The translations under genes were made by a program, and so were the position numbers. Below are positions 37,786-46,858 of a stretch of 64,000 nt of DNA, piece after piece. The notes under the pieces were generated by a model, which was given only the letters and a program-made list of their open reading frames with translations, was not told the DNA's origin and did not search any database. Every line of letters starts with the position of its first letter. Within the stretch, counting starts at the first letter, position 1. The DNA comes from Saprospiraceae bacterium (GTDB taxonomy: Bacteria; Bacteroidota; Bacteroidia; Chitinophagales; Saprospiraceae). Location: NCBI GenBank assembly GCA_036479115.1, contig JAZGFD010000085.1, positions 11,218-75,217 of the forward strand, given 5' to 3'.

Positions 37786-37941
37786 TACGTAAATAATTCT
37801 TGATTTTACTTTATATCTTGCTTACCAATTTTATGCAAAAAAAATGTTTTTGCCGCGATCAGGTAATTTGCCTAGAACAAACGGAAATGCGAAGGTTATA
37901 AGCATATTTATAGGATATTTTTTATACTAAAATCAATGTGA

Positions 37942-38463
37942 ATGAGTAACAAAGTGACATACAATTCTGACTTACATTGTGTCATGAAAAATGAGGATGT
38001 TAAATTATCACCACTGAAAGAGAATTACAGAGCGGTATTATATGTAGCCGCATCAGACCCTAATATATGGGAGCAACATCCCGTTCGTGACAGGTGGAAG
38101 AAAGATGTTTATGACCTATTTTTTGACACTGCTTTAGATTGTAATTTAGCTTTTGTTGTTCATGATACCATAACTGGTGCGTGTATAGGATCATCTCGCT
38201 ATAGATTCCATAATACTGAGGATTATGCCATAGAAATAGGATGGACATTTTTAGTAGTGAGTCATTGGGGTGGAAAATATAATCGAGCAATAAAGCAATT
38301 GATGATAGATAATGCACATAGGTATTACACTGATGTAATGCTGTATATTGATGCGAATAATATTCGATCTATAAGGGCTGCTGAGAAAATAGGTGCTGTT
38401 CGGTTAACAGATCAGGACGATCCATTATATGATACAAGAACCAATTATTTATCATTTTTATAA
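37942..38463 (+). CDS. GNAT-family N-acetyltransferase
   Basis: 173 aa. The IGWTFLVVSHWGGKYNRA segment resembles the acetyl-CoA binding motif A region. Confidence 0.6.
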   Translation: MSNKVTYNSDLHCVMKNEDVKLSPLKENYRAVLYVAASDPNIWEQHPVRDRWKKDVYDLFFDTALDCNLAFVVHDTITGACIGSSRYRFHNTEDYAIEIGWTFLVVSHWGGKYNRAIKQLMIDNAHRYYTDVMLYIDANNIRSIRAAEKIGAVRLTDQDDPLYDTRTNYLSFL

Positions 38464-38553
38464 AAAAATGACGCTTTTACCAAACCGTATCTATGTGCGG
38501 TATTCTTTAACAATGAGCGGATTGAAAACAGCAAGAATAGAAGATGCCAAACT

Positions 38554-38738
38554 TGAGTTCACTCCAAAAGGTAACAAAACCAAAAAAAGTTACTTCGTCA
38601 AGCTCTGCATAAAGCTTTTGGCGCACTTAATATTTTTCTCAACTCGCTGATAATCAGGTATCACCGAGTCTCCAAAAATGCAAATTTCATCCGAAACAAT
38701 TCTTTTGCAGAAAAATGTTAGTTTTCTGAGTAGACTCA
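38554..38738 (+). mobile_element. Family-2 MITE-like element with perfect 4-bp duplication AACT
   Basis: Termini TGAGTTCACTCCAAAAGG and TTTTCTGAGTAGACTCA. AACT occurs at 38550-53 and 38739-42. Confidence 0.8.
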
Positions 38739-38748
38739 AACTTGATCT

Positions 38749-38901
38749 TTAGCCACAGCCAATTACTTTTCCCATTCCATAAAAAATAGCTATCCAAACC
38801 AGCCCTTTAATGAAAAAGAAAGCAAATGCTCCCCAGCCTAATCTCTTGAACCAAGTTTTTTTAGACTCTTTTTCAGGATGTTGATTTTCTAATCCTTCCA
38901 T
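38749..38901 (-). CDS. Possible 50-aa small membrane protein (below the ORF-track cutoff)
   Basis: Reverse strand reads MEGLENQHPEKESKKTWFKRLGWGAFAFFFIKGLVWIAIFYGMGKVIGCG*. The ATG at 38901 overlaps the last 13 nt of the upstream gene. It contains one clear hydrophobic helix. Confidence 0.35.
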   Translation of the reverse strand: MEGLENQHPEKESKKTWFKRLGWGAFAFFFIKGLVWIAIFYGMGKVIGCG

Positions 38902-40019
38902 TCTGCTATAAAAACATTTGTAGCTCTAGTGCCGCCATTATTCCTGTTGGAAGAGAAGGCTAAATATTTTCCATCATAAGAAAACATGGCAAAAGAATCA
39001 AATGCGGTATCAAATGTAATTTGCTCAAGGCCAGATCCATCTATGTTAATCATGAACAAGTTAAATGGAAATCCACGTTCACTTTTGTGATTGGAGGAAA
39101 ATATAATTTTCTTACCAGAAGGGTGGAAATAAGGGGCCCAATTGGCTTTCCCAAGTTGGGTAATTTGTTTCATATTACTACCATCTATATTACATACAAA
39201 AAGCTCCATCTGAGTAGGTTGTACAAGGCCTTTCATGAGTAAGTCTTGGTATTGTTTTTTTGCTTCATCTGTAGAAGGCCTGGACGCTCTAAATATTAAT
39301 TTGGTTCCATCTGGCGAGAAAAAAGCACCCCCATCATACCCCAATTCATCAGTGACTTGCTGTACATTACTTCCATCAATATCCATTGTATAAAGCTCCA
39401 AATCTCCTGATCTCATGGAAGTAAAAACTATCTTGTCACCTGAAGGAGAGAGTGTAGCTTCGGCATCATATCCTGGATGGTCAGTGAGCTGGCTTATAAT
39501 ATTTCCATCAAGGTCACTAACAAAAATATCAAAGGATTCGTATATAGGCCATACATACAATCCTGATTTACGCTCGGGTACAGGAGGGCACGCAGAATCA
39601 GCAAGATGAGTAGAAGCATAGAGGAAATGTTTGCCTCCTGGCATAAAGAAACTGCATGTGGTTCTGCCTTTTCCTGTACTTACAAGTGGTGGCTTAAAGT
39701 TAATATCACGTTTTTCTTTAAGATCATAAATAAAAATCTGATCACAGTCGGCTCCCCAATCTTCATTAGATGCTTGAAACACCAATTTGCTATCGTCAAA
39801 TGACCAATATGCCTCGGCATTATCACCTCCATTTGTAAGTTGCTGCATGTGTTTGAAATGTATTTCTTTTTCAAAGATCAGGGAGTCGTGATCAAAGGCT
39901 AAGATTGAAGATTCCAGATTTTCAGAAGATATGGAAGAGGGAGTGGGATTCTCCTTGCAGGATATGATAAATGTAATCATAGTAAAAATAATCAGAGAAT
40001 TGTTTAGTCCTAGTGTCAT
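38889..40019 (-). CDS. TolB-like beta-propeller lipoprotein (PD40/WD40-like repeats)
   Basis: Lipoprotein signal ...TFIISC. Repeated PD40 motifs are present (SPDGTKLIF, SPSGDKIVFTS, HPSGKKIIFSSN, SYDGKYLAFSSNR). Confidence 0.8.
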   Translation of the reverse strand: MTLGLNNSLIIFTMITFIISCKENPTPSSISSENLESSILAFDHDSLIFEKEIHFKHMQQLTNGGDNAEAYWSFDDSKLVFQASNEDWGADCDQIFIYDLKEKRDINFKPPLVSTGKGRTTCSFFMPGGKHFLYASTHLADSACPPVPERKSGLYVWPIYESFDIFVSDLDGNIISQLTDHPGYDAEATLSPSGDKIVFTSMRSGDLELYTMDIDGSNVQQVTDELGYDGGAFFSPDGTKLIFRASRPSTDEAKKQYQDLLMKGLVQPTQMELFVCNIDGSNMKQITQLGKANWAPYFHPSGKKIIFSSNHKSERGFPFNLFMINIDGSGLEQITFDTAFDSFAMFSYDGKYLAFSSNRNNGGTRATNVFIAEWKD

Positions 40020-40066
40020 AGTATGTACATTTGGAGAGCAAAAATACTCATTATAATCCTTTAATT

Positions 40067-41344
40067 ATGAATACAAAAAGACTTGTTATTATACAATACA
40101 CAATCAAAGTTACGATCATCGCAATATCTATATTCACATTGAGTAATTGCGCTACTTTAAATATCCCTGAAATCACCAAAATCACACATGATACTACTAT
40201 AGAAAAGGATATAGAATATTTGGCTTCCGATGAATTGAAAGGGCGAGAAACGGGAAGTGAAGGAGAGCAGTTGGCAGCTGATTATATTAAGAAAAGGTTT
40301 AAATCTTTGGGGGTTTCACCTAAAGGAACAGATGGGTACTACCAGGATTTTGCAGTAAAAGATAAAGACAATCCACATGGTGCTGAGTTTTCAGATATAG
40401 GCGATATCACTGTAAGGAATGTAGTGGGTTATATTGATAATGGCGCGCAAAATACAGTGGTGATAGGAGCTCATTATGACCATCTTGGCTTAGGAAGTTT
40501 TGGTTCATTGTACACTGAAGGGCCAGCCATCCACAACGGTGCTGATGATAATGCTAGTGGCGTAGCAGGAATGCTTCATCTTGCTAAAGTATTGAGAGGC
40601 AAGCACACAAGCAACAACTATCTTTTTATTGCATTTTCAGGCGAAGAGCACGGCCTTTGGGGTTCTAATTATTATACTAAAAATCCTACAATAGATTTGA
40701 AGAAAGCTACTTATATGTTTAACATGGATATGATAGGCAGGCTCAATGCTGAAGGTGTACTTTCTGTTAATGGCGTAGGGACATCGCCATCATGGAATAA
40801 AGTCATGAAAAAGGCCAAAGTAAAAGGACTATCTATTGTTACCACTGAGGGCGGCATGGGGGCATCAGACCACACTTCGTTTTATCTTTCAGAAGTACCG
40901 GCTCTTCATTTTTTCACAGGACAACATATGGACTACCACAAGCCATCTGATGATGAAGAAAAAATCAATTATAATGGTATTGAGTTGGTTATGGAATATA
41001 TGTTGGTTTTGATAGAAAAATTAGATAATAAAGGAGACCTAGTATGGACTGAGACAAAATCTTCAAATATAACGAGAAGAAGAAGTTTTAAAGTAACACT
41101 TGGTGTGATGCCAGATTATCTGTTTGCAGGTGAGGGTATGCGTATAGATGGTGTCAAATCAGATCGGCCTGCAGGAATTGCAGGAATTGAAAAAGGTGAC
41201 ATTGTTATACAAATGGCTGAGCACAAAGTGGGTGGGATGGAGTCATATATGGATTTATTGGCCAAATTTGGGCCTGGTGACACAATAATTGTCAAAGTAA
41301 AAAGAGGGAAGAAGATAGTAGAAAAGAAGGTTGTTTTTGATTGA
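40067..41344 (+). CDS. M28-family aminopeptidase with C-terminal PDZ domain
   Basis: HYDHLG, GADDNASG, SGEEHGLWGS, NMDMIG and SDHTSF zinc/active-site motifs. PDZ-like segment GIAGIEKGDIVIQM. The start is taken at the ATG at 40067. Confidence 0.85.
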   Translation: MNTKRLVIIQYTIKVTIIAISIFTLSNCATLNIPEITKITHDTTIEKDIEYLASDELKGRETGSEGEQLAADYIKKRFKSLGVSPKGTDGYYQDFAVKDKDNPHGAEFSDIGDITVRNVVGYIDNGAQNTVVIGAHYDHLGLGSFGSLYTEGPAIHNGADDNASGVAGMLHLAKVLRGKHTSNNYLFIAFSGEEHGLWGSNYYTKNPTIDLKKATYMFNMDMIGRLNAEGVLSVNGVGTSPSWNKVMKKAKVKGLSIVTTEGGMGASDHTSFYLSEVPALHFFTGQHMDYHKPSDDEEKINYNGIELVMEYMLVLIEKLDNKGDLVWTETKSSNITRRRSFKVTLGVMPDYLFAGEGMRIDGVKSDRPAGIAGIEKGDIVIQMAEHKVGGMESYMDLLAKFGPGDTIIVKVKRGKKIVEKKVVFD

Positions 41345-41379
41345 CATCAATTCAATAATCACTCTGATTGACCTTTTTG

Positions 41380-41768
41380 GTTCTCAGCAATTCAGAGCGA
41401 AATCAATTAAAAATTGGGCGAAACGTGTAGTTATATCTTAGCATAAGAGTACCTGGCTAGGTGAAGGCAGGTCATTTTACTTTTGAAATATCTGTATAAT
41501 GAATATTTCATAGGATTCTGGACACTATTGTCACAGGTTCCACTATCATATGTCTTAGTATCTCAGGTTATATTTTTTAAGCAAAGGGGGGGGGGCTGAT
41601 AATCTGGCATTATTCTAAGTCTTTTAATTGATTAACATCAATTTATCTTCTTAAACCAACCTGAGTAGTTACCAAATATTTAATTAACTGTAAACTAGCT
41701 TTTTATAGTTTATTATAGTTTGCTCTTTTTCAATACTTTATGCATTCACTCTGAATTGCTGGATAGAA
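41380..41768. repeat. ~390-bp intergenic segment bounded by a long imperfect inverted repeat (perfect 13-bp core CAGCAATTCAGAG)
   Basis: The core is at 41385-41397 and, reverse-complemented, at 41748-41760. Pairing extends to ~23 nt (GTTCT..CAGCAATTCAGAG.GAA). The interior holds a G10 tract and a solo family-1 terminus at 41656-41672. Confidence 0.5.
41586..41595. repeat. Homopolymeric G10 tract
   Basis: Read directly as aaaGGGGGGGGGGctg. This is exceptional in an AT-rich spacer between convergent genes. Confidence 0.9.
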
Positions 41769-41856
41769 CACTGGTTTTTTTACAAAACCATTTTTTTTGT
41801 AACTTTTCAAGCAAAACCAAATTTGGTTAAAAAATGCAGTTATTATGGGGATAACC

Positions 41857-42912
41857 CTAACGAATACCTTGATAATTGTCAATAGATACGGTGAATGAGC
41901 CACATTGTTCTCTAGGAGCGGTGAGATCGGCTTCGTATTTATAGTTTGACATGGCATCTAATGCTTTCCTTAACGTGGTCATATCTTTAATGGTAGTGCC
42001 TGCTTCATCAATTTGTACTACAGATACTTTTCCCGATCTACTAATACATACCTTAAATACAATCTTGCCTGACTGGCCACTCACATAAGCGATCATGCTA
42101 GGATCACGAAATAATACTTTTCTCCCAAAAATACCATCTCCAGAAGCATCAAATTCTCCTGCACCGCTGTCTCCTGTACCAATGCCACTGTCATTATCAT
42201 TTCCTCCTTCATCATTTCCTTTGCCTGATCCTTCATTCCCTTTTCCTGTACCACCAGATTCTCCATCTTTAAGTGAGGGATCGCTATCTCCAGTACCGTC
42301 AGTAGTAGAATCAGTGTCATTGGTGCCAGGCTCTTCGGTTGGGATGTCCACTGTTGTGGTTTCCTCTGGATCATCAGCTACATCTATATCATCTAGCACA
42401 TCTTCAATACTAGGGAAGTCTGGATTGCTCACAAAAACTTCTTCCTCCGTAGGTTCTGGGTCAGGATCAGATTCAGGAATGTACTCTGGTTCTGGTTCGT
42501 CCACAATGATTTCTTCTTCTATTGCTTCTATCTCACTTTCTTCCATTGTAGTTTCGCTATATACAGGATCAGTTGGTTCTGGTTTGGGCGCTTCTGTAGG
42601 TTTTGGTGTAGGTTTAGTAGTTGGTTTCGGTACCGGAACTTTAATCGGTGTAGGTTTCTCTATTTTCTTTACTTCTCGCTCTTTTGGTCTTTGCTTGCCC
42701 TCACTAGCAGAAGATTTAGTGCTATTAGAACTCTTGGTATTTTTAAGCTCAATTTCTTGAAAACTTACAGTTACAGCGTATTGTGTATCAATGGTTTTAT
42801 CTGGGTCTTGATTCAATGTGACTTGCCATGATATGAGAATAAGAAGTAAGTGGGCAGCAATAGATATCCTCATTGCTTTGCTCCATCTTCTTGGGTCTAT
42901 CGAATTTTCCAT
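41857..42912 (-). CDS. TonB-like protein: N-terminal TM anchor, Pro/Lys-rich then highly acidic linker, C-terminal TonB_C-like domain
   Basis: TM helix MRISIAAHLLLILISW. Linker KPTPIKVPVPKPTTKPTPKPTEAPKPEPTDP followed by D/E/T/G-rich low complexity. C-terminus GKIVFKVCISRSGKVSVVQIDEAGTT. The start is taken at MENSIDPRRW (42912). Confidence 0.55.
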   Translation of the reverse strand: MENSIDPRRWSKAMRISIAAHLLLILISWQVTLNQDPDKTIDTQYAVTVSFQEIELKNTKSSNSTKSSASEGKQRPKEREVKKIEKPTPIKVPVPKPTTKPTPKPTEAPKPEPTDPVYSETTMEESEIEAIEEEIIVDEPEPEYIPESDPDPEPTEEEVFVSNPDFPSIEDVLDDIDVADDPEETTTVDIPTEEPGTNDTDSTTDGTGDSDPSLKDGESGGTGKGNEGSGKGNDEGGNDNDSGIGTGDSGAGEFDASGDGIFGRKVLFRDPSMIAYVSGQSGKIVFKVCISRSGKVSVVQIDEAGTTIKDMTTLRKALDAMSNYKYEADLTAPREQCGSFTVSIDNYQGIR

Positions 42913-42982
42913 AGTTAAGATTTCTATAAAGACGTAAATATGTGTCATTCTACCTATTCAAAGGTAGATTTTAACATTAGTT

Positions 42983-43200
42983 GTAACTACTCAGGTGATA
43001 TCAAATTTGGTTAAAAAAACTCTTTTATCACTATACTTCGGCAATTTATGTCTCTAATTCGAAGATGTGGTGATATAAGTCGATATTCACTAACAAATAA
43101 AATACATTATTTATAGCGCTGCTATTAATACAAAAATAGCCTGTGTTTAGCAATAAAATAGCACCTTTTTATCTCAAAAGCACACCACTTGAATAGTTGA
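42983..43200 (+). mobile_element. Family-1 MITE-like element (subtype 1b, one 55-bp module) with perfect 8-bp duplication CATTAGTT
   Basis: Termini GTAACTACTCAGGTGATATCAAATTTGG and GCACACCACTTGAATAGTTGA. CATTAGTT occurs at 42975-82 and 43201-08. Confidence 0.8.
43066..43120 (+). repeat. 55-bp module (single, divergent copy)
   Basis: AATTCGAAGATGTGGTGATATAAGTCGATATTCACTAACAAATAAAATACATTA. Confidence 0.6.
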
Positions 43201-43345
43201 CATTAGTTAAATTCTTAGAAAATGTGGCTTTTTTGAAAATACTTATCCTTTCTCATCGCTTTTGAGTTTTAAGCTATTTAAACAATATTTTTTTTTAATC
43301 AAGAGAAAATTTTAGTTCTTAGGAGTGTTATGGTTTGAAAAATCC

Positions 43346-43636
43346 GTAACCACTCAGGTGGATCATTTTGAGGCCTGACTGTCAATGAGGTTGGCACAAA
43401 ATTGTTATTTTTTACCAGATAAAATTCATTTGAGATGCAATAACAGCGCTATTCCTATCCTGTTTTATTGATTTGTGAATCTCGATTATGTCGCCATATC
43501 TTCGATTTACTAACTCATTTTATTGGTTAGTGAATCTCGATTATGTCGCCATATCTTCGATTTACATCGAGAAAAGCTGAAATACGGTAGAAAAAGAACT
43601 TTTTTTAGCTAAAACTGGCTCCTTCTGAGCAACAAC
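43346..43636 (-). mobile_element. Family-1 MITE-like element (subtype 1b, two tandem 55-bp modules), inverted relative to 42983-43200
   Basis: Termini GTAACCACTCAGGTGGATCATTTTGAGG and GGCTCCTTCTGAGCAACAAC. The flanking 8-mers AAAAATCC (43338-45) and AAAATTCC (43637-44) match 7/8. Confidence 0.8.
43454..43563 (-). repeat. Two tandem 55-bp modules
   Basis: GTGAATCTCGATTATGTCGCCATATCTTCGATTTA occurs at 43475 and again at 43530, an exact 55-bp period. The two copies are identical over this core. Confidence 0.85.
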
Positions 43637-43893
43637 AAAATTCCACTCCTGATATTAAGGAAAGGAGCAGATAAAAAACCGCTAATTCAGAAGATCAATG
43701 GCTTTCAAATAAATTAACTACATGTTTTTAAACAACTTCTGATTTCAAAACACTTGCTCCAAGCCTAAGAACTCTTTTTATTTTCAGCATATTGTATGGA
43801 CTAAAATTAATATAGCCTTTTTACACCCAATTGCTTCCTACTGCGTTATTAAGATGTAAACGAAATTTTTGGAAGTAAGAAATATATTTAGTT

Positions 43894-46161
43894 GTGAATA
43901 TTGATATCAGAAGGAAAGTCCGATTTATTTGTTTCATCTTAATGTACCTCACTACTATTGATACCCAAGCTCAAGTGTTTGACTTGTCAAATGTTATTTT
44001 TAAAAACGAAAATTCCGAAATCTATAAAAACCCTTATACAGGAGGGATTAGAGCACCCCAACTCAATAAAGTGGATCTCAATTTTGATGGGATAGAAGAC
44101 CTTTTATTATTTGATAGGGCAGGGGATGTATATGTCTCTTTTCTAGCCGCTGAAAGAAACAGTATAGAATATCTTCATGATCAAAAATGGATAAAAAATT
44201 TCCCTAAAACTATCATTTGGATGACAATGGTAGATTATGATAAAGATGGGATAAAAGACATTTTTTCCTTTCCTGATTCATCAGGAATACCTGGAGTAGA
44301 AGTATGGAAAGGAAAGATTACAAATGGATTTTATGATTTTGATAAGGTGAGGTTTCCCGAAGAAAGAAAAGATATTCTATATTATCCCGTACGCAATGGA
44401 AAAACCCAAGTCTATGTTGGCGTTATCGATATCCCTGCCATCAAGGATGTGGATGGAGATGGAGATGTTGATATTCTTTCTTTTGATCCTGGAGCCTCTA
44501 CTGTAGATTTTTACAAAAATATAGCTATGGAGGGCGGACAAGACTTGTCAGTATTAAAATTTGTGCAAGAAGACGGCTGCTATGGCCGATTTGTAGAGAA
44601 TGGGTTAAATCAAGACGTAATATTGAGCAAAGATGGCTTGGGATGTGGTAACAATCTTACGGATGGGCCTTCTCCTATGACCCGTCATGCAGGATCTACT
44701 TTGGAAGTGCTTGATCAAAATGGAGATGGTAAATTAGACCTTTTAATTGGAGATGCATCTTTTAATGGCTTGAATTTATTAGTAAATGGAGGGGATAATA
44801 TTGCATGGATGACCGAGTCTGAATTGGGATACCCCAGTTCAGAACCAGTGGCTTTTGAATTGTTTTTAACGCCCTGTTATTTAGATATAGATAATGATGG
44901 AACCGATGAATTGATGGTGACTTCCAATGATAAAATTACATCTCAGACCAAAGAAAACTTTTGGTATTATGAAAATACTTTAGCAAAAGGACTTGATCCT
45001 GTCTTGATTACTAAGCGTTTTTTATCGGAGACTATGATAGATCACGGGGAGAGCGCTATACCTTCATTTGTTGATTATAATGCAGATGGTTTGATTGATT
45101 TGGTCATTGGCACCAGTGGATCTTTTATCCTAACTTCTGAAAAAGAACCGAGTCTATTTCTGTATGAAAATACAGGCACAAAAAATCAACCAGAATTCAC
45201 ATTAGTCAATGATAATTATAACGATTTCAATCAGTTTAAGGAAACGTCCTCTTTCTTTGCTCCAAGCTTTGGAGATATAGATGGTGATGGAGATATTGAT
45301 ATGATAGTAGGAGACAATAGAGGTCGTTTATATTATGCAGAAAATACTGCTGGACCAGGCCTTCCACTGCAGTTTTCTCAAACCATCTATGGTTTTCAGA
45401 ATATTCAAGTAAGTGGTTTCGCTAGGCCACATATTTTTGATCTTAATCAAGATGGGCTGGGGGATTTAATTATAGGAGAGCGTAATTTTAATTCTACTGA
45501 TGAAGTACCCATAGCAAGCATTAATTATTTTGAAAACATTGGAAAAGAAGGAATACCACTATTTGAGAATAATGTCACATTAGTGCCCAATTCTCCAGCA
45601 CTTGGAGGAATCAATCTCAAGCATCGAAATTCTATTAACAACAATAGTGCTTTAACAATTTGGGATAATCAAGATCATTTTGTTATGATCACAGGGAGTG
45701 AGGCAGGGGACATTCGCCAATTTGAAATAAATAAAAATGACATCAGAGGAATCTATGAAGAAATATTATCTTCAAACATAAAAGGTTTAGACCTAGGGGA
45801 AGAGTCAGCTCCTGCACTTTGGGACATCGATGGGGATAATTTATTAGAATTAGTAGTCGGAAATTTTAGAGGCGGAATAGGCCTTTATGAGACCGATATT
45901 GTGAATGATCAAACCAGTATAACAAAAGAGGAAGAAGTCGGCAATACTATTGTGATCTATCCCAATCCAGCGCTCACTGGAATTTTTGTAAGTGGCATTG
46001 AAGAGAATATGAAAATAGAAGTGATTGATATTAGTGGAAAAATTAGATTGTCATCTTTTGAACCCTTAATAAATATTAAGAGTTTAGAATCAGGCATTTT
46101 CTTCATTAGGGTTCAAACAAAAGAGGGGATAGGGATTCAGCAATTTGTAAAAATTGAATAG
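43894..46161 (+). CDS. FG-GAP/VCBS-repeat protein with T9SS C-terminal sorting domain
   Basis: Repeated DxDGDGDxD Ca-binding/FG-GAP motifs (DVDGDGDVDIL, DIDGDGDIDMIVGD, DIDNDGTDEL, DYNADGLIDLVIG). C-terminus IYPNPALTGIFVSG...IEVIDISGK...GIFFIRVQ is a typical Por secretion tail. It has a GTG start, so the N-terminus is uncertain. Confidence 0.8.
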   Translation: MNIDIRRKVRFICFILMYLTTIDTQAQVFDLSNVIFKNENSEIYKNPYTGGIRAPQLNKVDLNFDGIEDLLLFDRAGDVYVSFLAAERNSIEYLHDQKWIKNFPKTIIWMTMVDYDKDGIKDIFSFPDSSGIPGVEVWKGKITNGFYDFDKVRFPEERKDILYYPVRNGKTQVYVGVIDIPAIKDVDGDGDVDILSFDPGASTVDFYKNIAMEGGQDLSVLKFVQEDGCYGRFVENGLNQDVILSKDGLGCGNNLTDGPSPMTRHAGSTLEVLDQNGDGKLDLLIGDASFNGLNLLVNGGDNIAWMTESELGYPSSEPVAFELFLTPCYLDIDNDGTDELMVTSNDKITSQTKENFWYYENTLAKGLDPVLITKRFLSETMIDHGESAIPSFVDYNADGLIDLVIGTSGSFILTSEKEPSLFLYENTGTKNQPEFTLVNDNYNDFNQFKETSSFFAPSFGDIDGDGDIDMIVGDNRGRLYYAENTAGPGLPLQFSQTIYGFQNIQVSGFARPHIFDLNQDGLGDLIIGERNFNSTDEVPIASINYFENIGKEGIPLFENNVTLVPNSPALGGINLKHRNSINNNSALTIWDNQDHFVMITGSEAGDIRQFEINKNDIRGIYEEILSSNIKGLDLGEESAPALWDIDGDNLLELVVGNFRGGIGLYETDIVNDQTSITKEEEVGNTIVIYPNPALTGIFVSGIEENMKIEVIDISGKIRLSSFEPLINIKSLESGIFFIRVQTKEGIGIQQFVKIE

Positions 46162-46167
46162 AAAATA

Positions 46168-46824
46168 TCACTTTCTTTTTCCGAATACCAAGCTGCCGAC
46201 TCTCACCATATTGCTGCCACATTCTATAGCCAATTTGTAGTCACTAGACATACCCATTGATAGGGTATCAAATGCCTCCAAACCTTTGTTGTTACTTTTT
46301 TTTATTTTATGAAATATTATTTTAGCCGAGGTAAACTCTTGGCTGATGATCTCCATATCCGACACAAAAGAAGCCATAGCCATAAGGCCTCTTATTCTAA
46401 TATACGGCGAATTTAGAGAAGCTATTTTTTGAACAGTATCGTATACATTTGAAATATTGATACCCTGTTTGGTGTCTTCTAAAGCCACTTTTACTTGAAT
46501 CAATATATCAATACAACGATCTAAATTCTTGCCTTCTTTAATAATGGAAAGTGCCAGTTTTTCAGAATCTACAGAATGGATAAGATGAACAAAAGGAGCT
46601 ATATATTTTACCTTGTTGGTCTGTAACCTGCCTATTTGATGCCAATAGACATCTTTTGGAAGTTCTCGGTATTTTTCTACCATTTCTTGTACTCTGTTTT
46701 CCCCAAAATGCCGCTGCCCTTTTCTATACAAATCACTAATGGCGGAAACAGGCTTGGTTTTACTCACTGCGACAAGTGTTACATTTGCTGCAGCCGTAGT
46801 ATCTTTTACCCTGTTGAATGACAT
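46168..46824 (-). CDS. YggS-family pyridoxal-phosphate homeostasis protein
   Basis: LVAVSKTKP (PLP lysine), FGENRVQE, SMGMSSDY. Confidence 0.88.
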   Translation of the reverse strand: MSFNRVKDTTAAANVTLVAVSKTKPVSAISDLYRKGQRHFGENRVQEMVEKYRELPKDVYWHQIGRLQTNKVKYIAPFVHLIHSVDSEKLALSIIKEGKNLDRCIDILIQVKVALEDTKQGINISNVYDTVQKIASLNSPYIRIRGLMAMASFVSDMEIISQEFTSAKIIFHKIKKSNNKGLEAFDTLSMGMSSDYKLAIECGSNMVRVGSLVFGKRK

Positions 46825-46858
46825 GAATTAATAAGCTATAAAACCGAATGAAATAAAA

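Noticed and set aside
41813-41826. Palindrome AACCAAATTTGGTT as a rho-independent terminator of the TonB-like gene
   Set aside because: The stem would have essentially no loop. The sequence matches the conserved CAAATTTGGTTAAAAAA left-arm motif of family-1b, so it is probably another repeat fragment.
42095-42760. 221-aa Ser/Pro-rich plus-strand ORF
   Set aside because: It is the antisense shadow of the acidic, Pro-rich linker of the TonB-like gene. Low-complexity GAx/CCx codons keep the opposite frame open.
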